A stretch of DNA of 64,000 nt from the IMG/VR virus record IMGVR_UViG_3300032136_000003; one strand, given 5' to 3'. Positions 55,712 through 64,000 of this stretch are shown piece by piece. Both the position numbers and the translations under genes were made by a program. Source of the DNA: an uncultured virus (IMG/VR IMGVR_UViG_3300032136_000003). Its lineage: Duplodnaviria > Heunggongvirae > Uroviricota > Caudoviricetes. The notes under the pieces were generated by a model. It searched no databases. It had not been told where the DNA came from and saw only the letters and a list, made by a program, of their open reading frames with translations. Position 1 is the stretch's first letter. Each line of letters opens with the position of its first letter.

Positions 55712-56191
55712 TTATTCATCCTCCAAATAAGCGGCGGCCTTACGCAGAACGTCGGGGCGGTCCCTGAAATACCCCAGCCCAAAATTGCACCACTTGCACA
55801 ACAACCCGCGGACAACTCCGTCCACATGATCGTGGTCTACGCACAACCTCAATTCAAACTCTGCTTGATGTCTGCCGCACACGGCGCATCGACCTCCCTG
55901 AGCTTCAAACATCTTGACGTAATCCTCTGAGGTCACTCCATACTTTCGCAGCAAATTGCCCGCAGATTTGCGCAGGCGGTCGGCATCCCTTTGGCATACG
56001 TCTCCACAGTACTTCTGGTGAGCCGTCGCGGGCGTGAACAGGCTCCCGCACATCTCACACTCTGTATCAATCCTAGCCGCGGCCCGCAAATCTTTTTGTA
56101 TCTCGTGATGGTGCCTTTGCCCGCATTCGCTCGAACAAAACTTTGTTCGGGCACCCGACAGCTCTTTTCCACATACTATACAACTTTTCAT
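55712..56191 (-). CDS. recombination endonuclease VII-family (homing-like) nuclease
   Basis: KYGVT..DY..M...Q.G.CAVC...VDHDH...VRGLLC..CN.GLG.F.D; N-terminal zinc modules. Confidence 0.9.
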   Translation of the reverse strand: MKSCIVCGKELSGARTKFCSSECGQRHHHEIQKDLRAAARIDTECEMCGSLFTPATAHQKYCGDVCQRDADRLRKSAGNLLRKYGVTSEDYVKMFEAQGGRCAVCGRHQAEFELRLCVDHDHVDGVVRGLLCKWCNFGLGYFRDRPDVLRKAAAYLEDE

Positions 56192-56200
56192 GCTGTACCC

Positions 56201-57901
56201 TTAAATTACGTAACTAAATGATGATAAAGTTATACCTGAAACAGCGGAAGAAGTCAACATTATTCCTTCACTATTGTCGCATAAATCTGGGGGAGCCTCC
56301 GTAAGTAGATCCACCACGCACCGGAAGGCATCTATCTGAGCACGCCCAGTCCACTGAATAGAAAACTGAAAACGAGTTCCTGTGTAAAGCAAATCCTTTG
56401 AAACGGGGTCGCAACCAGCCTCGTCCGCGTTCACGCTGAAACGGAGTCTGTTGCGCTGTTGAGGCAAGCTACCTGCAGGTACTTCAATGTTCCTTGTGCC
56501 CATAGAAGTCCACAAAGGATACCCATGAGGCCGGTAAAATATCTCAAACTCAGTATCTGTCGGTATGTTCGATACCCATAAGTCAATGTATTTGAGCTTC
56601 TTCTTGGCAACCAGGTCTCCGAAGTTGAATACCCGAGTCTCAATACGGGCTTCTATTGGAGTATCCGTGCCATCAAACACAGCATCATCATCTACCCGGT
56701 ATAGTACCGGGCCTTCTGCAAATACAAACATAGTGCGTACGTTATCTTTGAACGCGTTTAGAACCTGTGCAAAATTTGCACCGGTCCAAATCCCATCGTA
56801 TGCTCCTACGCCCTGCGCTCCGCTATACATCCCAGCAGCGACATCCCAAGAGATAAGGCCTTGGAAGTAGTAAGTATCCGTACCAGAAGCGGTTATAAGT
56901 ACCCTGTTGTCTGCCGCGGCAGAAGACGTTCTAGCAAGATAATCGTAATCTCCTACGAGATATTTGTCGACTTCGATAGACATCGGGGTATTGGAAAGTG
57001 CGCCACTATTACCTGACGACTGACTGGTTGAATACTTTAAAACCCGGATACCATCTTGACTTCTATACACTAAATCGTTATTAACATTGAGAATACTCCA
57101 CGGACTCAAGGTCCCGGCGCCGAAGAACAATACCTGAGACAAGGCTTGGTCTTTCCAGTACGCACGCTGTATAGAGAAGTCAAAGGCACATACGCCCTCC
57201 CGACCAAAAGCAACTACCTGACCAACACCCGTACCCGACAAAGCGTTTCTTATAGCCCCCAAACCATGGATAAAACCCATCTCAGCTGGTAGAGAATGAG
57301 CCCCGCCCTCGGAGAGATACTCAGTTTCTGTAAAAAGTAAAGCTGTTTCATTGTCCAAGGGCTGCAGAATATCACCACTCACGAGGTATGCCCTGCCGTC
57401 CTGACTCGTACTAGGTACTAATGTAGGTACCATGTGCAGGCGTCCTTGGGCGAAGATCATTGTGTAACCTGTTGGTATAGACTGAGTTCCGGAGAATACT
57501 GTAGGAACTCCAGCAACAAGTTGCAGTATTATAGGAGCGGAGACCCCGTCTTGAATGACCATGAACTCGTCAACTTGTTCGAAGAAACATTGGGCGGTTG
57601 CATTGAGCAATGAGCCGAGGTTTACCAAAGTCAGTGAATCTACGCCCAAGGTATATAATACGCCATCGCACACATATACGAAGCGATCTCCGGACGCGAG
57701 ACTCCAAACGCCGGCGCCTTGGAACAGGCCCTGTGGTAACGATATGTCCTCTAGAACTAAAGCGGGGCGTGTCTGAACGAGTCCGCCACGCGCTGAGACG
57801 TTGATACCATCAGAGTACTGCAACTCAGACAATAAAGCTGGGTTGCGGTATCCATTCATACCGTCTCTCAGTTCAACAAATCCTTCTACTTGTTCTGGCA
57901 T
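56201..57901 (-). CDS. probable tail nozzle / tubular protein B (beta-propeller)
   Basis: Beta-rich 566 aa; N...RGG..TRP N-terminal motif; IETR.F.FG....KK C-terminal motif. Confidence 0.6.
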   Translation of the reverse strand: MPEQVEGFVELRDGMNGYRNPALLSELQYSDGINVSARGGLVQTRPALVLEDISLPQGLFQGAGVWSLASGDRFVYVCDGVLYTLGVDSLTLVNLGSLLNATAQCFFEQVDEFMVIQDGVSAPIILQLVAGVPTVFSGTQSIPTGYTMIFAQGRLHMVPTLVPSTSQDGRAYLVSGDILQPLDNETALLFTETEYLSEGGAHSLPAEMGFIHGLGAIRNALSGTGVGQVVAFGREGVCAFDFSIQRAYWKDQALSQVLFFGAGTLSPWSILNVNNDLVYRSQDGIRVLKYSTSQSSGNSGALSNTPMSIEVDKYLVGDYDYLARTSSAAADNRVLITASGTDTYYFQGLISWDVAAGMYSGAQGVGAYDGIWTGANFAQVLNAFKDNVRTMFVFAEGPVLYRVDDDAVFDGTDTPIEARIETRVFNFGDLVAKKKLKYIDLWVSNIPTDTEFEIFYRPHGYPLWTSMGTRNIEVPAGSLPQQRNRLRFSVNADEAGCDPVSKDLLYTGTRFQFSIQWTGRAQIDAFRCVVDLLTEAPPDLCDNSEGIMLTSSAVSGITLSSFSYVI

Positions 57902-57910
57902 AATAAATCC

Positions 57911-58522
57911 TTACCACGGACCGTTGCTATACACATCCACCCAAGCATACGTTGCCGGGCCCGTTTGCGCTACCATCTGCAGTTTCGCCGACGCGGTCGG
58001 GGTAGTACCGACCACTGTATATCTCAGAGTACCCACGTTCGAGGCACTTGCTGCGGATGCGTCATCAGGCACCTGCTGGCTCTGAATCGCCCACTTCATG
58101 CCTCCGCTTGACGCGGCATCCGCCGTCAGCAAATGCCCATCGGTCGGAACGTTAACTTTCAAATTAGCTTCGTCTATAACGTTGTCCGCTATAGTCAACG
58201 CGGTAGATCCCGTAACTTCTCCGGTGTGAGTTGCATTACTGATCTTTGCGGAGTTAGCCGTGATCGCTGATACGTTGACTCCTGAATCTCGGACCAACCT
58301 CCCGCTAACACCATCGTAAGATGCAAGATTATTGTTTATCGAAGAGGCCGGGCCTTGCATGTACCTAACGTCTAACGCAGCTAACACAGAGGCGCTATCG
58401 AGCCTATCCCAATTCACGTCTGCGGGAACGAGCCAAATCCCGGGGACAGTGTCCGCGCCGCCTTGAATAAACAGAGTGCGCATAGCCCCGATCTGAGCCG
58501 AGCTGAGTTGCTGCATGGGCAT
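57911..58522 (-). CDS. fibre-like structural protein
   Basis: NNLASYDG.SGRL..DSG, HTGEVTG, LTADA....GMKW fibre-type motifs. Confidence 0.55.
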   Translation of the reverse strand: MPMQQLSSAQIGAMRTLFIQGGADTVPGIWLVPADVNWDRLDSASVLAALDVRYMQGPASSINNNLASYDGVSGRLVRDSGVNVSAITANSAKISNATHTGEVTGSTALTIADNVIDEANLKVNVPTDGHLLTADAASSGGMKWAIQSQQVPDDASAASASNVGTLRYTVVGTTPTASAKLQMVAQTGPATYAWVDVYSNGPW

Positions 58523-58542
58523 GAGTTTAATCCCCTATCTAG

Positions 58543-59016
58543 TTAGCCTCGCTTCTTCTTCTTGGTCTTAGGCTCTTTTTTCTTGTTCTTAATCTTATCT
58601 TTCTTCTCTTGATCTGTTATCGGAGGAAGCCCGATTTTATTATCTTCACGAATGACATTTATCTCGTCATATAACGTATCTATAACAGCTTGAAGTTTTG
58701 TATCCCAATTCTCGTAACTTTTAGAATATTCTTCTGCCGCAAGTTTAGCCGCACTTTTAATCGCAGGATCAAGGGCATCCCATCCAGCAGAATGCTGAGC
58801 TTGATTAACGAATACTCTGTAGTATCTTACGGTTCCACCATACCTGTCGTCATTGTATTCTATCATCAATGGGAAGTCATTTGTACTAGCTGTATATCTA
58901 GACCTAAGAGAATCATCAACAAGATACGATTCAAATATATAATATGTATCCTGAGCCTTAGCTATAGTTACAAGACATCCCAACATGAACAACACTATTA
59001 TAAAATATTTCTTCAT
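58543..59016 (-). CDS. signal-peptide protein with Lys-rich tail (fibre-associated?)
   Basis: MKKYFIIVLFMLGCLVTIAKA-QD Sec-type signal. Confidence 0.6.
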   Translation of the reverse strand: MKKYFIIVLFMLGCLVTIAKAQDTYYIFESYLVDDSLRSRYTASTNDFPLMIEYNDDRYGGTVRYYRVFVNQAQHSAGWDALDPAIKSAAKLAAEEYSKSYENWDTKLQAVIDTLYDEINVIREDNKIGLPPITDQEKKDKIKNKKKEPKTKKKKRG

Positions 59017-59020
59017 CACA

Positions 59021-60580
59021 TTACCTTTCTATTGTAAACCCATGTAGTGCGGAATCTGCGCCTTCATCATCAGCTTGTCCTGTATATCTTACTGATCTAC
59101 TAGGTCCTAGTCGTAAAGGAAGCGGTCCAATACGCTGATCGTCGTATCCCTTGCAAATAATTTCACCGCGTTCATAAGCCCATGTACTTAATACAGCAAC
59201 GTGTTCAGTTGTCTTTATCTTTGTCCAACAAGTAGAAGCTCCATCTTCACAATGGGCATCTAACCAAGCATCAACAGCATTAACAGGAGTCCAGTCTTCA
59301 ACCTGAGCGGTATTGGCAACATCCCAAGTGCTTGGTCCAGTAAGATTCTGATTGATAACAGTAGCAACAGTAAGACCAAATGTGAACTTGCCTCTGTCTT
59401 GCAAATATTCAAAAATAACACCTGTACTTGCTTGTTCTAATACTGCCCACAACACACGATCTTCAGGGATAGCCCCGTTGTACCAACCAACTAAGTTAGT
59501 GGAAAATGTTGGCTCGTTAGTAGATGAATAGATTGCCAAGTCATTAGGATATGTAGAACCAGAATCATCTATGTAGTAATAGTGAAACACATTGTAAGCA
59601 GCTCCAGCGGGAGTTATATCTACATTTGTTTCTATCAGTAATTGAAAATAATTACCATTACATAGTCCAGCACCTACATTTATCTTAGTAGTATCTCCGT
59701 CTACATAGTTACCGTAGCAACCGGTTATATAAGAAGGAGATGTTGCAGCCAACGCCCTGATGGTAGTTGTGAAGTTGGTGTTGTCTGCTACCGCATTGAA
59801 TACGGAATTACTGGCCGCCTCATTCCCGAAAACGAGGTTACTATTAAACGTGGTCGTGTCGTTGAAATCGGCGGGGCCGTTGAAATCGGCCGTGCCGTTA
59901 ACGGTCAGATTAGACAGCGTCGTGTCGCCTTCAACATCTAGGTTCCCACCGATCCAAACGTCGTTAGTAAATCTAGAATCAGTACCCACAAAAAGATCGT
60001 TTCCAACATAGAAATCATTCGTTACTATACCGTCGTTTCCGACGTATATATTGTGTGCAACATACAAGTCGTTAAACCTTCCAAGAGTGCACGTCAAAGA
60101 CACGATATTTGCGTTGTCTATGATAACATTCTCAAACGACTGCGTCCCTGTAAAATTGTCACTATAAACACCATCACCTATATCGAAGCGAGTCGTGTCG
60201 CCCCACTCAGGCCAGCGATAAATAAAGTCAGCATCTCCAGAGGCCGTTCCCGCGCCAGAAAAGACTGGGTATCTCCCAGCCCTAAATACGACATTGGTGA
60301 ATTCCATGTTGGCACCCGTATCAACAACCAAGGTACTGCCGTTAACCACTTCGAATACTGCGTTGCTGGGTATAACGACGTCGTTAGTTATTGTCCACGC
60401 GCCACCCGAAAGAATTATAGTAGGTTGGTCAGCCGCTTTGATCCGGTCTATGACGTAGTTAAGTGTCGCAGAATCTCTATTTCCGTAGTCGGCTGGGTAT
60501 ATTTCCTGCCGCTTATTCATGTCAGCAAAAGAGTGTGCTACCAAAACGAAAGACAGTATAGTAAATAGTAGTTTTCTCAT
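59021..60580 (-). CDS. signal-peptide tailspike/fibre-like beta-helix protein
   Basis: MRKLLFTILSFVLVAHSFA-DM; 6-residue-period beta repeats (NDLYVA, HNIYVG, NDGIVT, NDFYVG...). Confidence 0.6.
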   Translation of the reverse strand: MRKLLFTILSFVLVAHSFADMNKRQEIYPADYGNRDSATLNYVIDRIKAADQPTIILSGGAWTITNDVVIPSNAVFEVVNGSTLVVDTGANMEFTNVVFRAGRYPVFSGAGTASGDADFIYRWPEWGDTTRFDIGDGVYSDNFTGTQSFENVIIDNANIVSLTCTLGRFNDLYVAHNIYVGNDGIVTNDFYVGNDLFVGTDSRFTNDVWIGGNLDVEGDTTLSNLTVNGTADFNGPADFNDTTTFNSNLVFGNEAASNSVFNAVADNTNFTTTIRALAATSPSYITGCYGNYVDGDTTKINVGAGLCNGNYFQLLIETNVDITPAGAAYNVFHYYYIDDSGSTYPNDLAIYSSTNEPTFSTNLVGWYNGAIPEDRVLWAVLEQASTGVIFEYLQDRGKFTFGLTVATVINQNLTGPSTWDVANTAQVEDWTPVNAVDAWLDAHCEDGASTCWTKIKTTEHVAVLSTWAYERGEIICKGYDDQRIGPLPLRLGPSRSVRYTGQADDEGADSALHGFTIER

Positions 60581-60581
60581 G

Positions 60582-61025
60582 TTACGCCCCTATGTTAATT
60601 TCACTAGACACAACCAAAACACCGTTAATGCCCTTGAGAACAAGGTACCAAGTGTCGGTCGGCCCCGTGTTAGTAAATACAATGGTTGCAGATCCAGAGG
60701 CGTCAAGTACTATTTCATGATCTATCCACCCAGGAACAGGCGGTGGGGACAGTGTCTTTACGCCGGGCACAGAATCGTTGTCAATTAGGTACGCGTCAAC
60801 AGCTATGAAATCTGCGATGTCGCTAGTAATAACAGCCGTGGCTTGCGTGTCACTGTCTTTGGTAACCGCGATGCTCAAGGCAGCCGAATCAATATTATAT
60901 GTGTTTTCGTTTATGGTGACCGGAACTTCTTCGGGACAAGCACCGTTGAAACAACTTACGCAGTTACCCATTTCGCCCTCCTTAAAAACGCGAGGTGTTT
61001 TAGCACCTCGCGATGTGTTGTCCAA
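60582..61025 (-). CDS. small beta-rich structural protein
   Basis: Tightly packed in virion operon. Confidence 0.5.
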   Translation of the reverse strand: MDNTSRGAKTPRVFKEGEMGNCVSCFNGACPEEVPVTINENTYNIDSAALSIAVTKDSDTQATAVITSDIADFIAVDAYLIDNDSVPGVKTLSPPPVPGWIDHEIVLDASGSATIVFTNTGPTDTWYLVLKGINGVLVVSSEINIGA

Positions 61026-61478
61026 TTATGGGGTTGTTACATCTGCATCGAGGACGTTAGTTACTCCGCCTTCAACCCAGTTGAGTGCATTTCCAGTTCT
61101 CTCAAGAGATCCAGAACCTATCGAGAAAGTGAGTCCCTTGACGTCTGCGTCAAAAACAGCATCTTCGTCAACAGACAGAGTTCCCTGAATGTCAGTGAGA
61201 ATTGTCGTATCCGCTATTTCAACGCTAGTTGCTGTAGCCGCACCCACTGTGAGCGCTGCTGCAGTTGCTGCGTCGATGTTACCACTAACATCGCCGGTTA
61301 CATCGCCGGTTACCCCGCTGCCTACAGTAATAGTATCCACAACAGGAGTACCTAAACTGACTTTACCGCGCTGAATATTCGTGATCTTCTCCAGTGCTTT
61401 GTAATCGGTCTCGGCATAAACAGCCGATGCGATAAGGCACGTACAGGCGATCGCAAATAATATTTTTGATTTATTCAT
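61026..61478 (-). CDS. signal-peptide fibre-like small protein
   Basis: MNKSKILFAIACTCLIASAVYA-ET; GVTGDVTGDVSGN repeat; AGGAG SD. Confidence 0.65.
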   Translation of the reverse strand: MNKSKILFAIACTCLIASAVYAETDYKALEKITNIQRGKVSLGTPVVDTITVGSGVTGDVTGDVSGNIDAATAAALTVGAATATSVEIADTTILTDIQGTLSVDEDAVFDADVKGLTFSIGSGSLERTGNALNWVEGGVTNVLDADVTTP

Positions 61479-61497
61479 AATTACTCCTATTTAAAGT

Positions 61498-61549
61498 GGT
61501 CCTTGGAGCCTTGGCTATAAAGAGACGGAAGTCGCCAAGACTCCAGGAC
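61498..61549 (-). other. intergenic hairpin
   Basis: GGTCCTTGGAGCCTTGGC / GCCAAGACTCCAGGACC. Confidence 0.5.
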
Positions 61550-61560
61550 CGAGGACTAAA

Positions 61561-62094
61561 CTATTGAGCATTACCAAGTATATACGGCAGATAAACCGTG
61601 AACACACCAGAGGTAGCTGCATCTCCAGAAACAGTCAATGCGATCTTGTCATCAGCTGTCGTGATTCCGGAAGTCGTAACACCAGCCTTGATACCAGTAC
61701 TACCAAGGGTTGTTCCTGTTGCCAGAACTGTGACACCACCTACAGCCAGCGCGTTTGTAGACGTGGCCGGAAGTACGGCTGTAGATACTTCTATCACAGC
61801 TTCCTTCAATAGGATTGCTCCTTTAGGGAGGTCGACAGAACCAAGATCGATAGCACCAACAGCCCCGCCATCAGTCGCAAAATCATACGACGCGATAAAG
61901 AGTCCGAGTCTATCTTCCTGAGTTGCATACTTCGATATATCCTTTGAGACAGTAGAACTGCCCAGAGGACCATCGTCCGTCAGTGTGTTAATCGTGATAA
62001 CCTGACCGCGATTAGTGATCGTTAACGCTTGAGCAACTGAAACAATCATGAAGAGTGCTAAAGCGCTAGCAAGTATTTTATATGAACTACGCAT
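61561..62094 (-). CDS. signal-peptide protein resembling a capsid decoration/minor capsid beta-sandwich
   Basis: MRSSYKILASALALFMIVSVAQA-LT; YDFA.DGG..GAI.L....LPKGA...; directly after capsid gene. Confidence 0.6.
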   Translation of the reverse strand: MRSSYKILASALALFMIVSVAQALTITNRGQVITINTLTDDGPLGSSTVSKDISKYATQEDRLGLFIASYDFATDGGAVGAIDLGSVDLPKGAILLKEAVIEVSTAVLPATSTNALAVGGVTVLATGTTLGSTGIKAGVTTSGITTADDKIALTVSGDAATSGVFTVYLPYILGNAQ

Positions 62095-62114
62095 AATATT
62101 ATACTCCTTTAAAT

Positions 62115-62143
62115 GGCTCCAGCTGGGTTATCCAGCCGGAGCC
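62115..62143 (-). terminator. hairpin after capsid gene
   Basis: GGCTCC.GCTGG/CCAGC.GGAGCC; weak U tract, so likely leaky. Confidence 0.55.
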
Positions 62144-62149
62144 GATTGA

Positions 62150-63745
62150 TTAGCTTTTTGTTACAGTACTAACTGCAGCAGTGAAGTCCGTGTAAGCGGA
62201 AGGCTCGTTAGAAGCCCCTTCTACCCATGTGAACGTATACTGCGGCGCCAGTGAGCTATCGGCGATCTTAGCGGCGAACGCATTAGAATCAGCCTTCACT
62301 ATGGACACGTTGTCTCCAACACCAGCCTCAAGCAGGTTAGCCAAGGTCAGCGTAACTCTGTTGAGAGTATCATCGAAGTCGCCAGTGACAGCATCAGATG
62401 CAACCGAGATGGCTCCAGTTGATACGTCGCTGTTATCCTCGATCGCACATGCTGTACGTATGGAGTGAGCGCAGCGCTTGTAAGCGAAGACTGTACACTC
62501 TGTAGCGAACAACAGTGGTTTCGGGAACAGCTGGAATCTTCCGTAGAAGAAGCCGTGCTCGCCGAGCATGTTGGTGACAGGATCCTGAATGTTGATCCAT
62601 TTCCATTCACCAGTCATACCAGGCTTAGGCCCGAAGACCATGCCGGAACCGAGGTTATCGACGCTCGGTACGAACAAGTTCTGAAGAACGTCGTTCATAA
62701 AGATAACACCAATACCGATTTCAGCACGGAAGTACTGTGGGTTAGGAATAGGCACGTTACCGATTGTCACAGCGCGACCAGCCTTGAGAGGCAGTACGCG
62801 TGTAGCAACGACGTCACCGTTCGAATCGTAACCCTTGACTCTGAAACGCATCTGACGTGCATCATGCATAATTGCAAATCCACGGTAGATTTTCATTCCC
62901 ATGTCATAGCCGTCGATCAGAGCCTGCGGTCTTGCATAGCGCCAATCTTCGTATGTGTTTGAATCAGCTTTGATCATGCGCTCGAAATCAAGCACGTCGA
63001 TCATGAGACCAAAGATAGGCATGTTACTTTCCATACCAAGAGCAGCCTCACCAGCCCTATCATTAAGGTTCGTACGCAGATAGTCGAGGAAGTCCCAGTT
63101 AAGGGTAGACAACTCTGTATTAGCGTCAAACGTTATGTAAGGAACTGCATCGCCATCAACATCTGCTACAGTAGCAAACGGATCATAGCTGAAACGATAT
63201 GCGGAGTTCTCTTCGAAATCCAAGCCACCGTTGGCCATCAACATACCGCGGTTAGACAGCATAGCCTGCTGTACATACATTTCACGGTTCCAGTTTTCAA
63301 GCATAGAAATACCATACTCTACACCAGTACGAACGATGAGAGCGAGCTGATCTTTTGCATAATCAACAAACTTCATGTCGTTAAGACATACAGGCTCGGA
63401 CTGCCATTCATCCTGGTATCCAGTGTACTGAACGGTTTCCCATGCATAGCTGTAAGTCTGCGGTGTGCCTGGAGCACAGTTATCGAATCCGGCGTCGCCA
63501 GACGATGGTTTACGAGAAGTGCCAATATCTTTCCAAGTGCTCAAACCAGCCTGAACTGGGAGACCACCGCGATAGATATTTGTCTTCTGTGTAAGACCGT
63601 TGAAAAGCTGGTACGTACCCCTTGGAATCCGGTCGTGCCAGATGTTAGGGTTTTTCATTGTACGAGCTTTTATAAACTCATCCCAATGCTCAGCCATTGT
63701 GAGCATCTTATCATTGTAATATTCTAATCCCGTGATAGGGGGCAT
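62150..63745 (-). CDS. probable major capsid protein (531 aa)
   Basis: GGAGG SD before MPPITG; own promoter and downstream hairpin; heads the virion operon; called from size and context, not a diagnostic motif. Confidence 0.7.
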   Translation of the reverse strand: MPPITGLEYYNDKMLTMAEHWDEFIKARTMKNPNIWHDRIPRGTYQLFNGLTQKTNIYRGGLPVQAGLSTWKDIGTSRKPSSGDAGFDNCAPGTPQTYSYAWETVQYTGYQDEWQSEPVCLNDMKFVDYAKDQLALIVRTGVEYGISMLENWNREMYVQQAMLSNRGMLMANGGLDFEENSAYRFSYDPFATVADVDGDAVPYITFDANTELSTLNWDFLDYLRTNLNDRAGEAALGMESNMPIFGLMIDVLDFERMIKADSNTYEDWRYARPQALIDGYDMGMKIYRGFAIMHDARQMRFRVKGYDSNGDVVATRVLPLKAGRAVTIGNVPIPNPQYFRAEIGIGVIFMNDVLQNLFVPSVDNLGSGMVFGPKPGMTGEWKWINIQDPVTNMLGEHGFFYGRFQLFPKPLLFATECTVFAYKRCAHSIRTACAIEDNSDVSTGAISVASDAVTGDFDDTLNRVTLTLANLLEAGVGDNVSIVKADSNAFAAKIADSSLAPQYTFTWVEGASNEPSAYTDFTAAVSTVTKS

Positions 63746-63919
63746 AATAACCTCCGAATATATAGTTATTGTAAACAAAAACAACGTATGATCAAACACC
63801 AGTTTAATCACCTACTATTCCTGACGAGGCGGATCAGGGCCACGAATGTGGCTAATCCTCTACCCCCATGGGTATGGCCGCACTGGAGCGATGCGAGAGA
63901 TCTTCTCCAACTTTATGAA

Positions 63920-63948
63920 ATGTTACTACAAACCGTTAGGTCTGTCAA
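63920..63948 (-). promoter_or_regulatory. sigma70-like promoter of the capsid operon
   Basis: Minus strand TTGACA-17 nt-TAACAT with AT-rich upstream tract. Confidence 0.75.
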
Positions 63949-64000
63949 CATATTTTTTAAAATAATTAAAACTTTTTTCAAGGCCCGGAAATTAATCCGG

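Noticed and set aside
33817..62962. Many plus-strand ORFs inside the structural module
   Set aside because: Antisense shadows of long minus-strand genes, with no recognisable motifs
63746..63811. N-terminal extension of the capsid protein
   Set aside because: GGAGG SD supports ATG at 63745; the hydrophobic extension is translated leader, not a fifth signal peptide
1..64000. Stop-codon reassignment, diversity-generating retroelement, lysogeny module
   Set aside because: Genes tile densely in the standard code using all three stops; no reverse transcriptase, integrase or repressor cassette was recognised

Overview
About 64 kb of a tailed dsDNA bacteriophage genome, with a short-tailed, virion-RNA-polymerase type gene layout and no integrase in the window. 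Layout: (i) 0.4-14.9 kb (+): early accessory region of small genes interleaved with about 13 helix-closed structured RNA elements, several of them tRNA-like, then a run of small genes joined by a conserved 18-nt junction motif; (ii) 14.9-33.6 kb (+): replication and nucleotide/RNA metabolism (SF2 helicase, PD-(D/E)XK exonuclease, rIIA/rIIB, probable SSB, gp88-like, HhH glycosylase-like, Rnl2-type RNA ligase, PolA, primase-helicase, HNH, HAD nucleotidase, dATP/dGTP diphosphohydrolase, probable TerS); (iii) 33.7-63.7 kb (-): virion module with probable major capsid, four structural-region proteins carrying classical Sec signal peptides, tail proteins, an endonuclease VII, ejected proteins and a 5540-aa protein combining a two-barrel RNA polymerase (DYDGD), a RecD/Dda-like helicase and a lysozyme-like domain. 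Portal and large terminase were not found and presumably lie outside the window. All calls come from reading motifs and base-pairing by eye; no database search was run.
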